Source: a virus (lineage: Duplodnaviria; Caudoviricetes). Taken from it: 37,760 nt of DNA. The stretch covers positions 1-37,760 of the IMG/VR virus record IMGVR_UViG_3300050147_000055; one strand, 5' to 3'. The position numbers and the translations under genes were made by a program. The notes beneath the pieces were generated by a model. It saw nothing but the letters and a program-made list of their open reading frames with translations. It did no database searches and was not told where the DNA came from. Of this stretch, positions 27,042 through 35,626 are shown piece after piece. Each line of letters begins with the position of its first letter. The stretch's first letter is position 1.

Positions 27042-27670
27042 TTGGCGGTCTCCGGTGCAGGTGGTAGGGGCATCCAGTGTTTACCAGCATTGATCCTGCA
27101 CAAGGCTGATCTGTAGTTGATTCCGGTTAATTCACAAGCTTGAGAAAGCGGAATTTTCTGTCCATTGAAATCAACTAGACGATGACTTCGCTTATTTCTT
27201 GCTTGCACCAAAGATGTAGCCCATCTGCAATTGCTTGGCTCATAATTTCCATTAACATCAATTCGATCAATAGATGAATTTGGACTGGGCTTATTACCCA
27301 TGTCAGCAATAAATTGAGAAAAATCATTCAGCCATTTGTCACAAACCATTATTCCTCTCCCGCCATAATCCTTGAATTTCTTGTTGCGAGGATTGGTGCA
27401 TCTGCTTTTCATGTGCACCCAAGACCGATACTCGCTACTATTTGTTAAGCCGTGTTTCGATCTTAATCGGCAGTTATTGGCAACTACTTCGCGCTGAAGG
27501 CATCCGCAACTTTTTGTGTGACCACTAGTTAAGCCTCTAGGGTCACAAATCACTGATGTGCCGCAGTCACAATCGCAAGCAACTCTTCTGCGTCCTTTTA
27601 GGCTTTCAGCGTCTTTTGTAACAAGCAGCCGACCAAAACGTTGGCCTATTACGTCAATTTTTCTTGGCAT
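27038..27670 (-). mobile_element. Free-standing HNH homing endonuclease gene
   Basis: GQRFGRL, CDCG, KSCGC, YGGRGI, SIDRIDVNGNYEPSNCRWAT; GGAG RBS; AT-rich. Confidence 0.88.
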
Positions 27671-27944
27671 AACAATCTCCGCTTTCATCAATCGGCTGCC
27701 ACGTCTGAGCAGCCCTGAGTGCGTCAATCTCGGCTTGCATCTTGGCTGTGACGTGGTCGGCGTACAGAATGGACGTAACTGCGCTGAGCACATCCTCAAT
27801 ATCAATCTTTCCGCTTTCAACCTCGCTGCGAATTTCGCCCTCGCTATCCAAGCCAAGCTGCTTGACGGCCTGAACAACAGACACATCTGATATGTCAGCC
27901 TCAAACGCATCGTGCCACTCTTTAAAGTCGCTGTATTTGCTCAT
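27654..27944 (-). CDS. N-terminal part of an interrupted DUF551-type protein
   Basis: Ends shortly after WQPI. Confidence 0.65.
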   Translation of the reverse strand: MSKYSDFKEWHDAFEADISDVSVVQAVKQLGLDSEGEIRSEVESGKIDIEDVLSAVTSILYADHVTAKMQAEIDALRAAQTWQPIDESGDCYAKKN

Positions 27945-28774
27945 GCCACCACCTCATACGCAGTCACCACCACCACAGGACGCGCCACCACCTTGCCCAG
28001 ATCAATCAGCACATCGACGTGATGTTGTGCATCATCAATGTGCAGCCCCGTGATTTCGGCAATGCGTGATAGCGTCGCGCCGGTCTTGATGACGGTCAGC
28101 ACTTGCTCGCGCTCGATGTCCATCGCAATGGCGTAGTCTGATTTGATTGGTTCGGCTGCATCACGACTCGCAATAAAACACGCATCGTCTACGCTACAGA
28201 TATGCGCGGTGCAGGTGTCTTGGCATGTCTTAGGGCGGGGGATGGCATCATTTGCCAAAAATGAATCTAGCGTGCCAGTCCAGCTATAGGCCGTCTCCGT
28301 CCAGCCCTCTGGATCGTATGCGTCTAGCGCAAAAAAACCGTAGCTGTCTTTTTTGCCAGTCCAGCGGATAAATTCGCCTTGATGGTAATGGGTGGCACCC
28401 TCTGGCGCATTTGCCCAGTCTGGTTCGGCACGGACAACCTTTACTGTTTTAGATTCAGGCTCAACCGCTTGTTTTTCTTCCGAAACAGGAATCCCCGTTT
28501 CACTTTTTGCGACCGGTTGTGCGACGGGCGCAGGGCTGGTGTCGGCATTACCGATGGCAGGTGCAACAGCAACAGGCGCAACATCATCATCGTGCAACAC
28601 CCACACGCCACCTTCGTACACTGCGCCAATGGCTTTAAGCGCAGTCTTTGCCAGTGCAACACTAATGCGCAGGTCGCCAGTGATTTCGCTGATTGTCAGC
28701 CCTTCGGGCGTGGCCCACATCAGTTCTTCAACCTTACTCTTGGCCTTCTCTAATGCGCGTTCTTGTGTGTTCAT
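27941..28774 (-). CDS. Multidomain hypothetical protein (HTH-like ends, APEGATHY motif)
   Basis: AAGGA RBS; GLTISEITGDLRIS and ATLSRIAEITGL segments. Confidence 0.7.
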   Translation of the reverse strand: MNTQERALEKAKSKVEELMWATPEGLTISEITGDLRISVALAKTALKAIGAVYEGGVWVLHDDDVAPVAVAPAIGNADTSPAPVAQPVAKSETGIPVSEEKQAVEPESKTVKVVRAEPDWANAPEGATHYHQGEFIRWTGKKDSYGFFALDAYDPEGWTETAYSWTGTLDSFLANDAIPRPKTCQDTCTAHICSVDDACFIASRDAAEPIKSDYAIAMDIEREQVLTVIKTGATLSRIAEITGLHIDDAQHHVDVLIDLGKVVARPVVVVTAYEVVA

Positions 28775-28826
28775 GTCCGTTCCTTTGAGTTGGTCCCGCA
28801 CCCGAAAGCGCGGGGTGGGCGTGGGT

Positions 28827-29468
28827 TTAGGCCAGTTCAGCCGCTGGCATATGCGCATCAATCAAAAAGTCTTCAAGTTTTGCGCCGGTCACAATCGCTT
28901 CTTGCACCCACATGGGTTGCTTGCCGCGTCCCGTCCATGTCTCACCGGTTGCGGGGTTGCGGTAGCGTGGTTGTGCGGGACCAAAGCCGCTGACGGGCGA
29001 ATGCTTGGCTGGTGCTGCATGTTCTGGCTCGATGGTTTCGGCAGCAGATTCGGGCATGACCTCGATTGAGGCGCATTCGAAAGGGATCAGTTGCCCTGAA
29101 ATTGGACAGCGACGCTTTGGCTCTGGCGCATTAAGCCAATCATCTATATCCATCGCTGTATCTGCCCATTCAGCATCCTCCCGTTGAACACGGGCAATGG
29201 CCGCAAGGTCGGCTGGCATTGTTGGGATGACCTCTTGACTGTATGCCATTGCTTGCAACTGCTCACAGCTAGGCGCACGCCAGTTGACGATACGGCCAGA
29301 TTCCAGATCAATTTGCAGCACTTGGGGCATCCATGCTGGAGTTGACGACTGACCGACCACCACGCCCTCGGCATCCAAGATTGTGGCGATGCACGCCATG
29401 TCCATGCACGCACGCAGGGTTGTTACGGGTACTTCAACGACGCGGGTTTGTTTGATTGCGAGTGCCAT
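28827..29468 (-). CDS. Protein with C-terminal H-NS DNA-binding domain
   Basis: RYRNPATGETWTGRGKQPMWV...LEDFLI; GAGG RBS with GTG start. Confidence 0.85.
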   Translation of the reverse strand: MALAIKQTRVVEVPVTTLRACMDMACIATILDAEGVVVGQSSTPAWMPQVLQIDLESGRIVNWRAPSCEQLQAMAYSQEVIPTMPADLAAIARVQREDAEWADTAMDIDDWLNAPEPKRRCPISGQLIPFECASIEVMPESAAETIEPEHAAPAKHSPVSGFGPAQPRYRNPATGETWTGRGKQPMWVQEAIVTGAKLEDFLIDAHMPAAELA

Positions 29469-29605
29469 TTTTTTTACACCTCAGAGGGTCAGAATAGGGT
29501 GTCCCTTTCGCCAGCATGGGACTTGTGCTTGATCAAAATCGGCTTGGGCATACCACCTGCACCACCGATATGCGGGTGCGCTTCGATGCCCCCAGAACAT
29601 TGCTG

Positions 29606-30409
29606 TCAGCGGTTGATATCGACCGGCTCGGGTTGGTTGACGGCTTGCATACGCGCCAGCACGTCATCGGTTTTGGTGTTGCCTAGCGCACGCTCTGGCA
29701 GATTGCCAACAGCGGCGGCAACGGATTCGCCCACGATGGTGCGTAGCGTGTCGTTATCGATTTGGGATTCGTCGGCAATGTTGGCTAGACCCAGTTGGTC
29801 ACTAAATTGCAGACGCTTGCACATGCGGCGGATGACGGTTTTACGGGCTTGTTCGCCATACCATTTAGTCCATACAGCGTCAGACTTGGAGACGGCTTTA
29901 GCTTTTTCGATTTCGGCGCGGGTCATCCATTCGACCATTGGCTCGCAGTCTTTAAAATGCACGACGGCATAGGTGTGGGTCAGCTTTGCATCGACCTTGG
30001 GCGCGGTCATGTTTGGGCGATGGATGATCTTTGGGGTGCTACCCAACACCACCTCAAAATCGTCACCCTCGTACACAGCCTGCACGTCGATATGACTAAT
30101 GGACGGATTGCGCAGGGCCATTGCGATGTAGCCTTTGTAGCCCACACGCAAGACAGGGCCGTTTTTGTCCACGAACATGTAGGCATGGCCGATTTCAGAA
30201 CCAATTTCTAGGCCCAATTGACCGGCCACCATGACGCACGCACAGACCGCATTTGGGTTGGCTTCATTCAGTTTTTGGTCTTTACGGCATACAGTGATCG
30301 CCAGACGTGCAAGACGCTTGGCAAGGCCCGCGCTACCGGTCACGACTTCAAGGGCGTTTAACACGTTCGGGTTTTGCAGCAGTTGAACTGCGTTTTCTTG
30401 ATCGCTCAT
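29606..30409 (-). CDS. recT: RecT-family ssDNA annealing protein
   Basis: QLGLE, VGYKGYI, VYEGDDF, W..WYGEQARKTVIRR. Confidence 0.9.
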   Translation of the reverse strand: MSDQENAVQLLQNPNVLNALEVVTGSAGLAKRLARLAITVCRKDQKLNEANPNAVCACVMVAGQLGLEIGSEIGHAYMFVDKNGPVLRVGYKGYIAMALRNPSISHIDVQAVYEGDDFEVVLGSTPKIIHRPNMTAPKVDAKLTHTYAVVHFKDCEPMVEWMTRAEIEKAKAVSKSDAVWTKWYGEQARKTVIRRMCKRLQFSDQLGLANIADESQIDNDTLRTIVGESVAAAVGNLPERALGNTKTDDVLARMQAVNQPEPVDINR

Positions 30410-30413
30410 GGTC

Positions 30414-31340
30414 TTATCCTTGTGAGTTGTAGGCGTCTTTGCTGCGGACGCGTTGGATTGTTGGGGTGTCCATCCCTTTGCGTTGCATCCGGCGATAGGC
30501 TTGCAGGCCGTCGATCAGCAGGAGCTTTGAGCCGCCCATGTATGTGCCGATGGCAGCCTTGAGCGCGTCGAGCTTGGCGGTGATGGTTTTGATTTCGGCG
30601 CTGATTCCGTCGCGCTGGCCCTTGAGTGCGCGGGTGTCATCTTCGAGTGCGTCGATTTGATAGACCGCATCGAGCAGCGTTTGTGTCGTTGCGTCTTCTG
30701 CGGTGCTGTCAATGTTGAGCGTTTGCTCTGTCAGCATTGGCCAAAGCAAGCGGCAATCATTTGGACAGACTGGGGCGGGCGCTTTACCAGCTTGCCAATC
30801 TGCCCATTGCTTGCCGCTCACGGTGATGATCTCGGCTTGCATGGTGGCGTTGGCGGGTATGCGATAAATGCGCTTATCGAGCAAGCTCAAAAACACCACA
30901 AGCCAGCCTTCAGACGCGCCCGCGCAGGCGATTTGGGTTTGCATCTGAATCAGGTAGTCGGTCGGGATGTCGTCCGTGCCGTCGTCGCCCCACTCCTGAT
31001 AATTGTTGGCGGTCTTGCAGTCGATAGGCGCACCGGTGTCGGTGTAGCCATCCGGTGTTGCGAACAACCACGGTGCTATCGAGTGCTGGCGGCTTGTCGC
31101 GTTGCCGGTGCAACCAATTCCGGTGCGGTGTGTAAACAATTTCAGCAGGGCGGGCTCAAGCCAAAAGCCCATCAATTGATGTTCTTCGTATGGCTGTGGC
31201 TGGTAACTTGGTTGCTTACTTGCCCAGACGGTTGCAGCGGTTTTGCCGAAGCGGGCAAAGCCAAACAAGGCCGCCACTTCGGATGCTCCGATGCCATTTT
31301 TGCGGGCGCTATGCCATGCGCTGGTATGGGCGGCGGTCAT
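30414..31340 (-). CDS. YqaJ-like viral exonuclease
   Basis: W...RKNGIGASEVAA, ATPDG, IDCKT, YLIQMQTQ. Confidence 0.9.
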   Translation of the reverse strand: MTAAHTSAWHSARKNGIGASEVAALFGFARFGKTAATVWASKQPSYQPQPYEEHQLMGFWLEPALLKLFTHRTGIGCTGNATSRQHSIAPWLFATPDGYTDTGAPIDCKTANNYQEWGDDGTDDIPTDYLIQMQTQIACAGASEGWLVVFLSLLDKRIYRIPANATMQAEIITVSGKQWADWQAGKAPAPVCPNDCRLLWPMLTEQTLNIDSTAEDATTQTLLDAVYQIDALEDDTRALKGQRDGISAEIKTITAKLDALKAAIGTYMGGSKLLLIDGLQAYRRMQRKGMDTPTIQRVRSKDAYNSQG

Positions 31341-31423
31341 GCGAACACCCACGGGGTCAGGACAAAGTAGCCAAGGGCAATGCCAAACGCAGCAACCACG
31401 ATGTCGTATGCCAAATCTTTCAT
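31337..31423 (-). CDS. 28-aa membrane peptide (not in ORF track)
   Basis: MKDLAYDIVVAAFGIALGYFVLTPWVFA; ATGA overlaps at both ends; GGAG upstream. Confidence 0.7.
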   Translation of the reverse strand: MKDLAYDIVVAAFGIALGYFVLTPWVFA

Positions 31424-31716
31424 TTCGCACTCCAAAGATCATCCGCAATCTTTACCCACTTGACGGGGTCATGATCCCGTCGACAGTGGGTTACAAACTC
31501 GCCAACCTGAACGCCGTTCAGGTTTTCGATGATCCATTCGTCGGTATTTCTACGACCGCCGAAGCTGGTGTCACGCTTAGCCAAGCGCACGCTGCCACAC
31601 GCGTCGTAAATCTCGCGTGTGGCACTCGAGCGCCGTGGCAAAGACAAATATTCGTAGTTGTTGACGGCGCAATAAATTCGTGCCAAATCAAGCATTTCTT
31701 TCGTTGTGCGGCTCAT
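31420..31716 (-). CDS. Hypothetical protein
   Basis: ATGA coupling. Confidence 0.7.
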   Translation of the reverse strand: MSRTTKEMLDLARIYCAVNNYEYLSLPRRSSATREIYDACGSVRLAKRDTSFGGRRNTDEWIIENLNGVQVGEFVTHCRRDHDPVKWVKIADDLWSAK

Positions 31717-31916
31717 GCTGCACGCTCCAGTTGAGCCAATAGACGGGTACAGGTCGCAATGGACGCATCAATCAGCCGATTGTTGTAGACGCGGTATTCC
31801 GCATCTGTGATGCCACCACACGCATGGGCGGCATCAACCAAGCCGCGTGCGTAGCTGTCACATGCACCGGTTTCCGCCTTAGATACTTCGGTCTCGATCA
31901 GTTTTTTAATAGCCAT
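31713..31916 (-). CDS. Hypothetical protein
   Basis: GGAG RBS; YARGLVDAAHACGGIT. Confidence 0.7.
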   Translation of the reverse strand: MAIKKLIETEVSKAETGACDSYARGLVDAAHACGGITDAEYRVYNNRLIDASIATCTRLLAQLERAA

Positions 31917-31953
31917 TTCATTCTCCAGTTGCCCCCTTGCGGGGGCTTTGTTG

Positions 31954-32277
31954 TTAGTAGCAGCTATCTAGAAATGCTTCGGTGGCTTCACGCTCAATGA
32001 TCGTCTGTACGTCACAGGCGACGTACACATGCACCCAATCAGGGGTAGGCACAACGTCCTCTGTGATCACGTCGCCAGTGTTCTCACAGAGAACGGTTTG
32101 GGTGCAGGTGTTTGCCATTGATGGGCTGATGCCATCAACGTCATAACTGGTGTCAAATTCGATGGTGAAGGTGGTGCAGGTTTCGGCGTCGCGGTTTGAT
32201 TCGAGTTGCACGACACACACGCCATGGTTGGCGGTGACGCGATCAATGCGAGGGGATGGGGTGACTTTCATGTTCAT
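31954..32277 (-). CDS. Acidic hypothetical protein, first gene after PL
   Basis: GGAG RBS before ATG 32277. Confidence 0.7.
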   Translation of the reverse strand: MNMKVTPSPRIDRVTANHGVCVVQLESNRDAETCTTFTIEFDTSYDVDGISPSMANTCTQTVLCENTGDVITEDVVPTPDWVHVYVACDVQTIIEREATEAFLDSCY

Positions 32278-32323
32278 GGTGTGGCTCCGGTTGACCTTGC
32301 GAGGGGTCGTTGTTGATAAATCT

Positions 32324-32377
32324 AATTTACTACAAGCAATTCTTGTATACAAGTAAAAACTTAAAAGATTCTCTTGT
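32324..32377 (-). promoter_or_regulatory. PL-like promoter with OL operators
   Basis: TTGTAT-17bp-TAAATT; ACAAG-N5-CTTGT at 32332-32346 and AAAAG-N5-CTTGT at 32363-32377. Confidence 0.8.
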
Positions 32378-32407
32378 TTTTTTGATGGGTGGCAAAACGC
32401 AGGCAAT

Positions 32408-32429
32408 AAAAAACCCGCCGTAGCGGGTT
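32408..32429 (-). terminator. Leftward terminator of the immunity transcript
   Basis: AAAAAACCCGC-CGTA-GCGGGTT. Confidence 0.8.
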
Positions 32430-32548
32430 AGAAAAAACAATGATGCTAAGAAATTAGCAGCTAATCTAAAGAGCCTATAAGTCTTGCGTCTTTATCCCTG
32501 AGAATCGGTCTGGTTTCAATTCCGTGTCGATACAGTATGTCCTTGATC

Positions 32549-32680
32549 TTATGACCAGATGCCAAAAAATTGCTGAACAGACTGGGGGGATACGTCCATC
32601 AACCTAGCTAAATCGGTCTGTGTAAGTCCCTTTGCTTCCCGTCTTTCCGCAATCCTTGCGCTCATTACTGAAGTGCCCAT
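32549..32680 (-). pseudogene. cI: Truncated CI-like repressor (43 aa)
   Basis: RIAERREAKGLTQTDLARLMDVSPQSVQQ then FFGIWS-stop; divergent from cro. Confidence 0.8.
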
Positions 32681-32690
32681 GAGCATCACC

Positions 32691-32774
32691 ACAAGAAAAT
32701 CTTGTGAAAAATATAACACAGTTCGTTAAAAAGTCATTGCAAGAGTTTCTTGTAGGGTTTAAAGTTAATCTTGT
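32691..32774 (+). promoter_or_regulatory. PR-like promoter with three OR operators
   Basis: TTGCAA(32737)-17bp-TAAAGT; operators at 32691-32705, 32739-32753 and 32760-32774. Confidence 0.8.
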
Positions 32775-32790
32775 ACAGGGGGAGACAGAA

Positions 32791-33036
32791 ATGACTGTAA
32801 ATCGACAAGACGCACAAAGGGAACTTGTAAAGGCTGCCATCAGCTTGATGGGCGGCTTTTCTGCCACCGCGCGAATCCTTGGGGACGTTATCACATACCA
32901 AGCGGTTCAATCGTGGGCAGCACAAGGGCGAATTCCTGCCAAGTACGTCCAAATCGTTGCAGAACAAACCGGCATTTCTAAAGAAGCGTTAAGCCCAGAA
33001 GTGTTCGGCAACAAAAAGGCCCAGTCAGTTTCCTGA
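32791..33036 (+). CDS. cro: Cro/YdaS-like regulator
   Basis: AISLMGGFSATARILG.ITYQAVQSW..GRIP..LSPEVF; GGAG RBS. Confidence 0.85.
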   Translation: MTVNRQDAQRELVKAAISLMGGFSATARILGDVITYQAVQSWAAQGRIPAKYVQIVAEQTGISKEALSPEVFGNKKAQSVS

Positions 33037-33124
33037 TCTGGGCCTTCCGCGTTTTGGTTCGCTGCCAAAACTAAATCAACAAGTGCGGTCGGAAGCAACA
33101 ACGACTCACAATCGAGATCATACG

Positions 33125-33562
33125 ATGAACAAGCCACCAAACACAACCCCGCTACGCGACGACCTGCACGAGTCGCGCTATAGCCGCCTGCAAACACAAT
33201 TTGATCTTGCCCAGCGCATCATTCGCCACCAGGCCGAAGCACTGCAAGCCACAGACGCAGAAATGCAGCGTGCTTTGGCAGCAGAACGCACGCTGATTGA
33301 TGACGTTGCAGCACTGACCGCCAAGGTTGATACACAAGCTGACAGTATCGGTGCGTATCAACTGGCGATTGCAGCGTCTGAAGCATCACGCGACCGCCTG
33401 CACAAAGACAACGCCGACCTGAGCGCCAAGCTCAAGACAGCCGACTACGTGTCACCGCATGACGATGACAAGACAGCATGGCGCACCCTTGAAGCGTTTT
33501 GGGTGGCTGTGTTTGTGGCCTGCATCGTCGTGGCTATCAAGTCATGTGGGGTGGCAGCATGA
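33125..33562 (+). CDS. Coiled-coil protein with C-terminal TM segment
   Basis: Heptad-rich; FWVAVFVACIVVAI. Confidence 0.7.
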   Translation: MNKPPNTTPLRDDLHESRYSRLQTQFDLAQRIIRHQAEALQATDAEMQRALAAERTLIDDVAALTAKVDTQADSIGAYQLAIAASEASRDRLHKDNADLSAKLKTADYVSPHDDDKTAWRTLEAFWVAVFVACIVVAIKSCGVAA

Positions 33563-34020
33563 ACATGCCACTGCATCCCGTCGCTGAAGTCGCAATGCGC
33601 AAAAACGACATTGCCAAATTGTCAGCCATGGCGCTGGCAACCAACAAGGCCGCCGCTGACCGTCTGGCGTATGAAGTCGAGATGTTTCTGGCTGGTACAC
33701 CCGTGGTCGCCGGACACCAGATCGGCAACCCGAGCGAACGGTTTGAGCCAAAACCAGTTATCAAAAAATCACCCGTGGTGGCTGCAAAGGTCACGCCCAT
33801 TCGCCAGACCGGCAACACCCAATTGGTTTTAGAGGTGCTGCAATCCGGCTTGATTGTCACAAAGGGTCAGTGTGTCGTTAATCACAGCCTGTGTCACATG
33901 ACCAGCCACAGCGTGCAAGCGTCTGTGCAAGTCCTGCGTCGGCATGGTCACAACATCATTGCGACGCTCAAGACCCGTGGTCATTCCGGTTTTGAGTTGT
34001 TGCCGGAGGTGTCGAAATGA
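33559..34020 (+). CDS. Hypothetical protein, possible C-terminal wHTH
   Basis: ATGA coupling; SVQVLRRHGHNI. Confidence 0.65.
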   Translation: MNMPLHPVAEVAMRKNDIAKLSAMALATNKAAADRLAYEVEMFLAGTPVVAGHQIGNPSERFEPKPVIKKSPVVAAKVTPIRQTGNTQLVLEVLQSGLIVTKGQCVVNHSLCHMTSHSVQASVQVLRRHGHNIIATLKTRGHSGFELLPEVSK

Positions 34021-34859
34021 ACTACTACTCACACCACATTGGCGACTTCAACAACGCAACAATCCATCTGACCGAGATTGAGGAGTGCATGTATCACCGC
34101 GCCCTTGCTTGGTACTACAGCAACGAAAAGCCACTGCCAAAGAACAAGGTTCAAACCTACCGCTTTCTGCGTGCGCGTACTGCTGCAACCAAGGCGGCGG
34201 TTGATGCAATCCTAGAGGACTTCTTTGTTGAGCAAGAGGATGGCTTTCATCAATCCCGCTGCGATGAAGAGATTGCGGCATATAAAGAGAAAGCTGAGGT
34301 TGCATCAAAGGCAGGCAAGGCCAGTGCTGCAAAACGTGCTGAAAAATCGTCAACAGATGACAAACAAGCACTTAACGACGAATCAACAGGCGTTCAACCG
34401 GATTTCAACGCAGCTTCAACGGACGTTCAACGGACGCTCAACGGAACTTCAACCAACCAAGAACCAATAACCAATAACCAAGAACCAATTAAAAACCACA
34501 CACAAGACGCAAGCGAGTTCGCGCCAGACCTGAACGCATTGAACGACATGCTCAAGATGGCCGGTGCTACCACCATCACCAAGGATCGACTGAATCAAGT
34601 CTTGGTGACATTCACACCGCACTATGAGACCCAACACCACACCACCAACCAACTGATGGCCAAGCTGGTGTCATGGATTCAGCGGGATCAATCCAAACCA
34701 ACCCGCACCCCAAAAACCAAGGCAGCCAAACCAATCCACGGCAACGTCAACGACGCGTGGGGCAATCCACCGGCGCAGGATTTGGACAACGGTTATGTGA
34801 TGCCCGACGAACTCAAGGCCAAGATCGCGGCACTTAGCAAAGTGAAGGTGTCGACATGA
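34017..34859 (+). CDS. Replication initiator, DUF1376/YdaU family
   Basis: MNYYSHHIGDF..T.HL..E...Y; QSRCDEEI; internal iterons. Confidence 0.85.
   Translation: MNYYSHHIGDFNNATIHLTEIEECMYHRALAWYYSNEKPLPKNKVQTYRFLRARTAATKAAVDAILEDFFVEQEDGFHQSRCDEEIAAYKEKAEVASKAGKASAAKRAEKSSTDDKQALNDESTGVQPDFNAASTDVQRTLNGTSTNQEPITNNQEPIKNHTQDASEFAPDLNALNDMLKMAGATTITKDRLNQVLVTFTPHYETQHHTTNQLMAKLVSWIQRDQSKPTRTPKTKAAKPIHGNVNDAWGNPPAQDLDNGYVMPDELKAKIAALSKVKVST
34372..34489 (+). repeat. Iteron array plus AACCAAK repeats (putative origin)
   Basis: T(C/T)AAC at exact 11-bp period x8 (34372-34453); five AACCAA(G/T) units (34455-34489). Confidence 0.85.
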
Positions 34860-35626
34860 ACGCCTTTGCAAGTGCTGGCTTTGCATTGCCACAGCGTCCA
34901 ATCAACTGCCCGACACATGGCCATCAAGACGAGTTTTTTGCAGGTGGCATATGGCGTGGGTGCAATGCGTGCAATCAAGCCATCGTCGATGCACAAAACA
35001 AGTCCCGCAAGGCTCAAGTGTTGGCAGAGCGTGCAGTCATTCTTGATCGACGCATCGGACTGCCCGCAGCGTTTGCCGATCAATCCATCGCTACGTTTTT
35101 GCCCACCAACAAAAAACAATCGGCTGTCGTGACCCGTCTGATTGATTACGTCGCCAACGACATGAAAGACCCGACAACGGCCAAAAACATCATTTTGATG
35201 GGTGCAACGGGTGGCGGCAAAACACATCTGGCCACTGCTGTGCTGCGTGAGCAAGCGGCGGCCTATCGTTTGGCGCGTTACATCACCAGCGCCCAAGTCG
35301 TTGCGTCCATCCGTGATACGTGGGGCAAAAAAGACGCATCCGAATCAAGCGTGTTTCATGAGTTGGCACACGAAGACCTGTTGCTGATTGACGAAATTGG
35401 TCAACGCGATGACGGCGCAAATGCTCAAGAAATCCTCAGTCAGTTGATTGATATGCGCTACAAGCGCGCGCCCACGATCATCACCAGCAATCTGACACTG
35501 GATCAGCTACGCGCTCAACTCGGTGACCGTGCATTCGACCGGCTCAATGAAAACCTGATCACGATCCATTGCGATTGGGGCAGCTACCGCCAAGCTCAGG
35601 CCAGTAAAAATCGGGAGGAGTTTTAA
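34856..35626 (+). CDS. DnaC/IstB-like ATPase helicase loader
   Basis: GATGGGKT, LLLIDEIG, TIITSN, DRL; N-terminal Zn ligands. Confidence 0.9.
   Translation: MNAFASAGFALPQRPINCPTHGHQDEFFAGGIWRGCNACNQAIVDAQNKSRKAQVLAERAVILDRRIGLPAAFADQSIATFLPTNKKQSAVVTRLIDYVANDMKDPTTAKNIILMGATGGGKTHLATAVLREQAAAYRLARYITSAQVVASIRDTWGKKDASESSVFHELAHEDLLLIDEIGQRDDGANAQEILSQLIDMRYKRAPTIITSNLTLDQLRAQLGDRAFDRLNENLITIHCDWGSYRQAQASKNREEF

Noticed and set aside
27038-27690. Group I intron around the HNH gene
   Set aside because: The HNH ORF fills the insert and is fused to the downstream codons; no room for a ribozyme core.
27671-27910. N-terminal extension of the HNH ORF (290 aa in track)
   Set aside because: Overlaps gene 27654-27944 in another frame; RBS and composition shift support a start at 27670.
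28392-31734. Long plus-strand ORFs (28392-29069, 29448-29972, 30657-31370, 31243-31734)
   Set aside because: Antisense shadows of well-supported minus-strand genes, without motifs or RBS.
32704-32790. Longer 110-aa Cro from the ORF track
   Set aside because: The extension overlaps PR and operators; the RBS supports ATG 32791.
33125-33562. Displaced spanin
   Set aside because: TM segment is C-terminal, the gene is in the early operon, and no lipoprotein partner is seen.
34372-34489. CRISPR or mini-array
   Set aside because: 11-bp and 7-bp tandem periods with no spacers; fits iterons.
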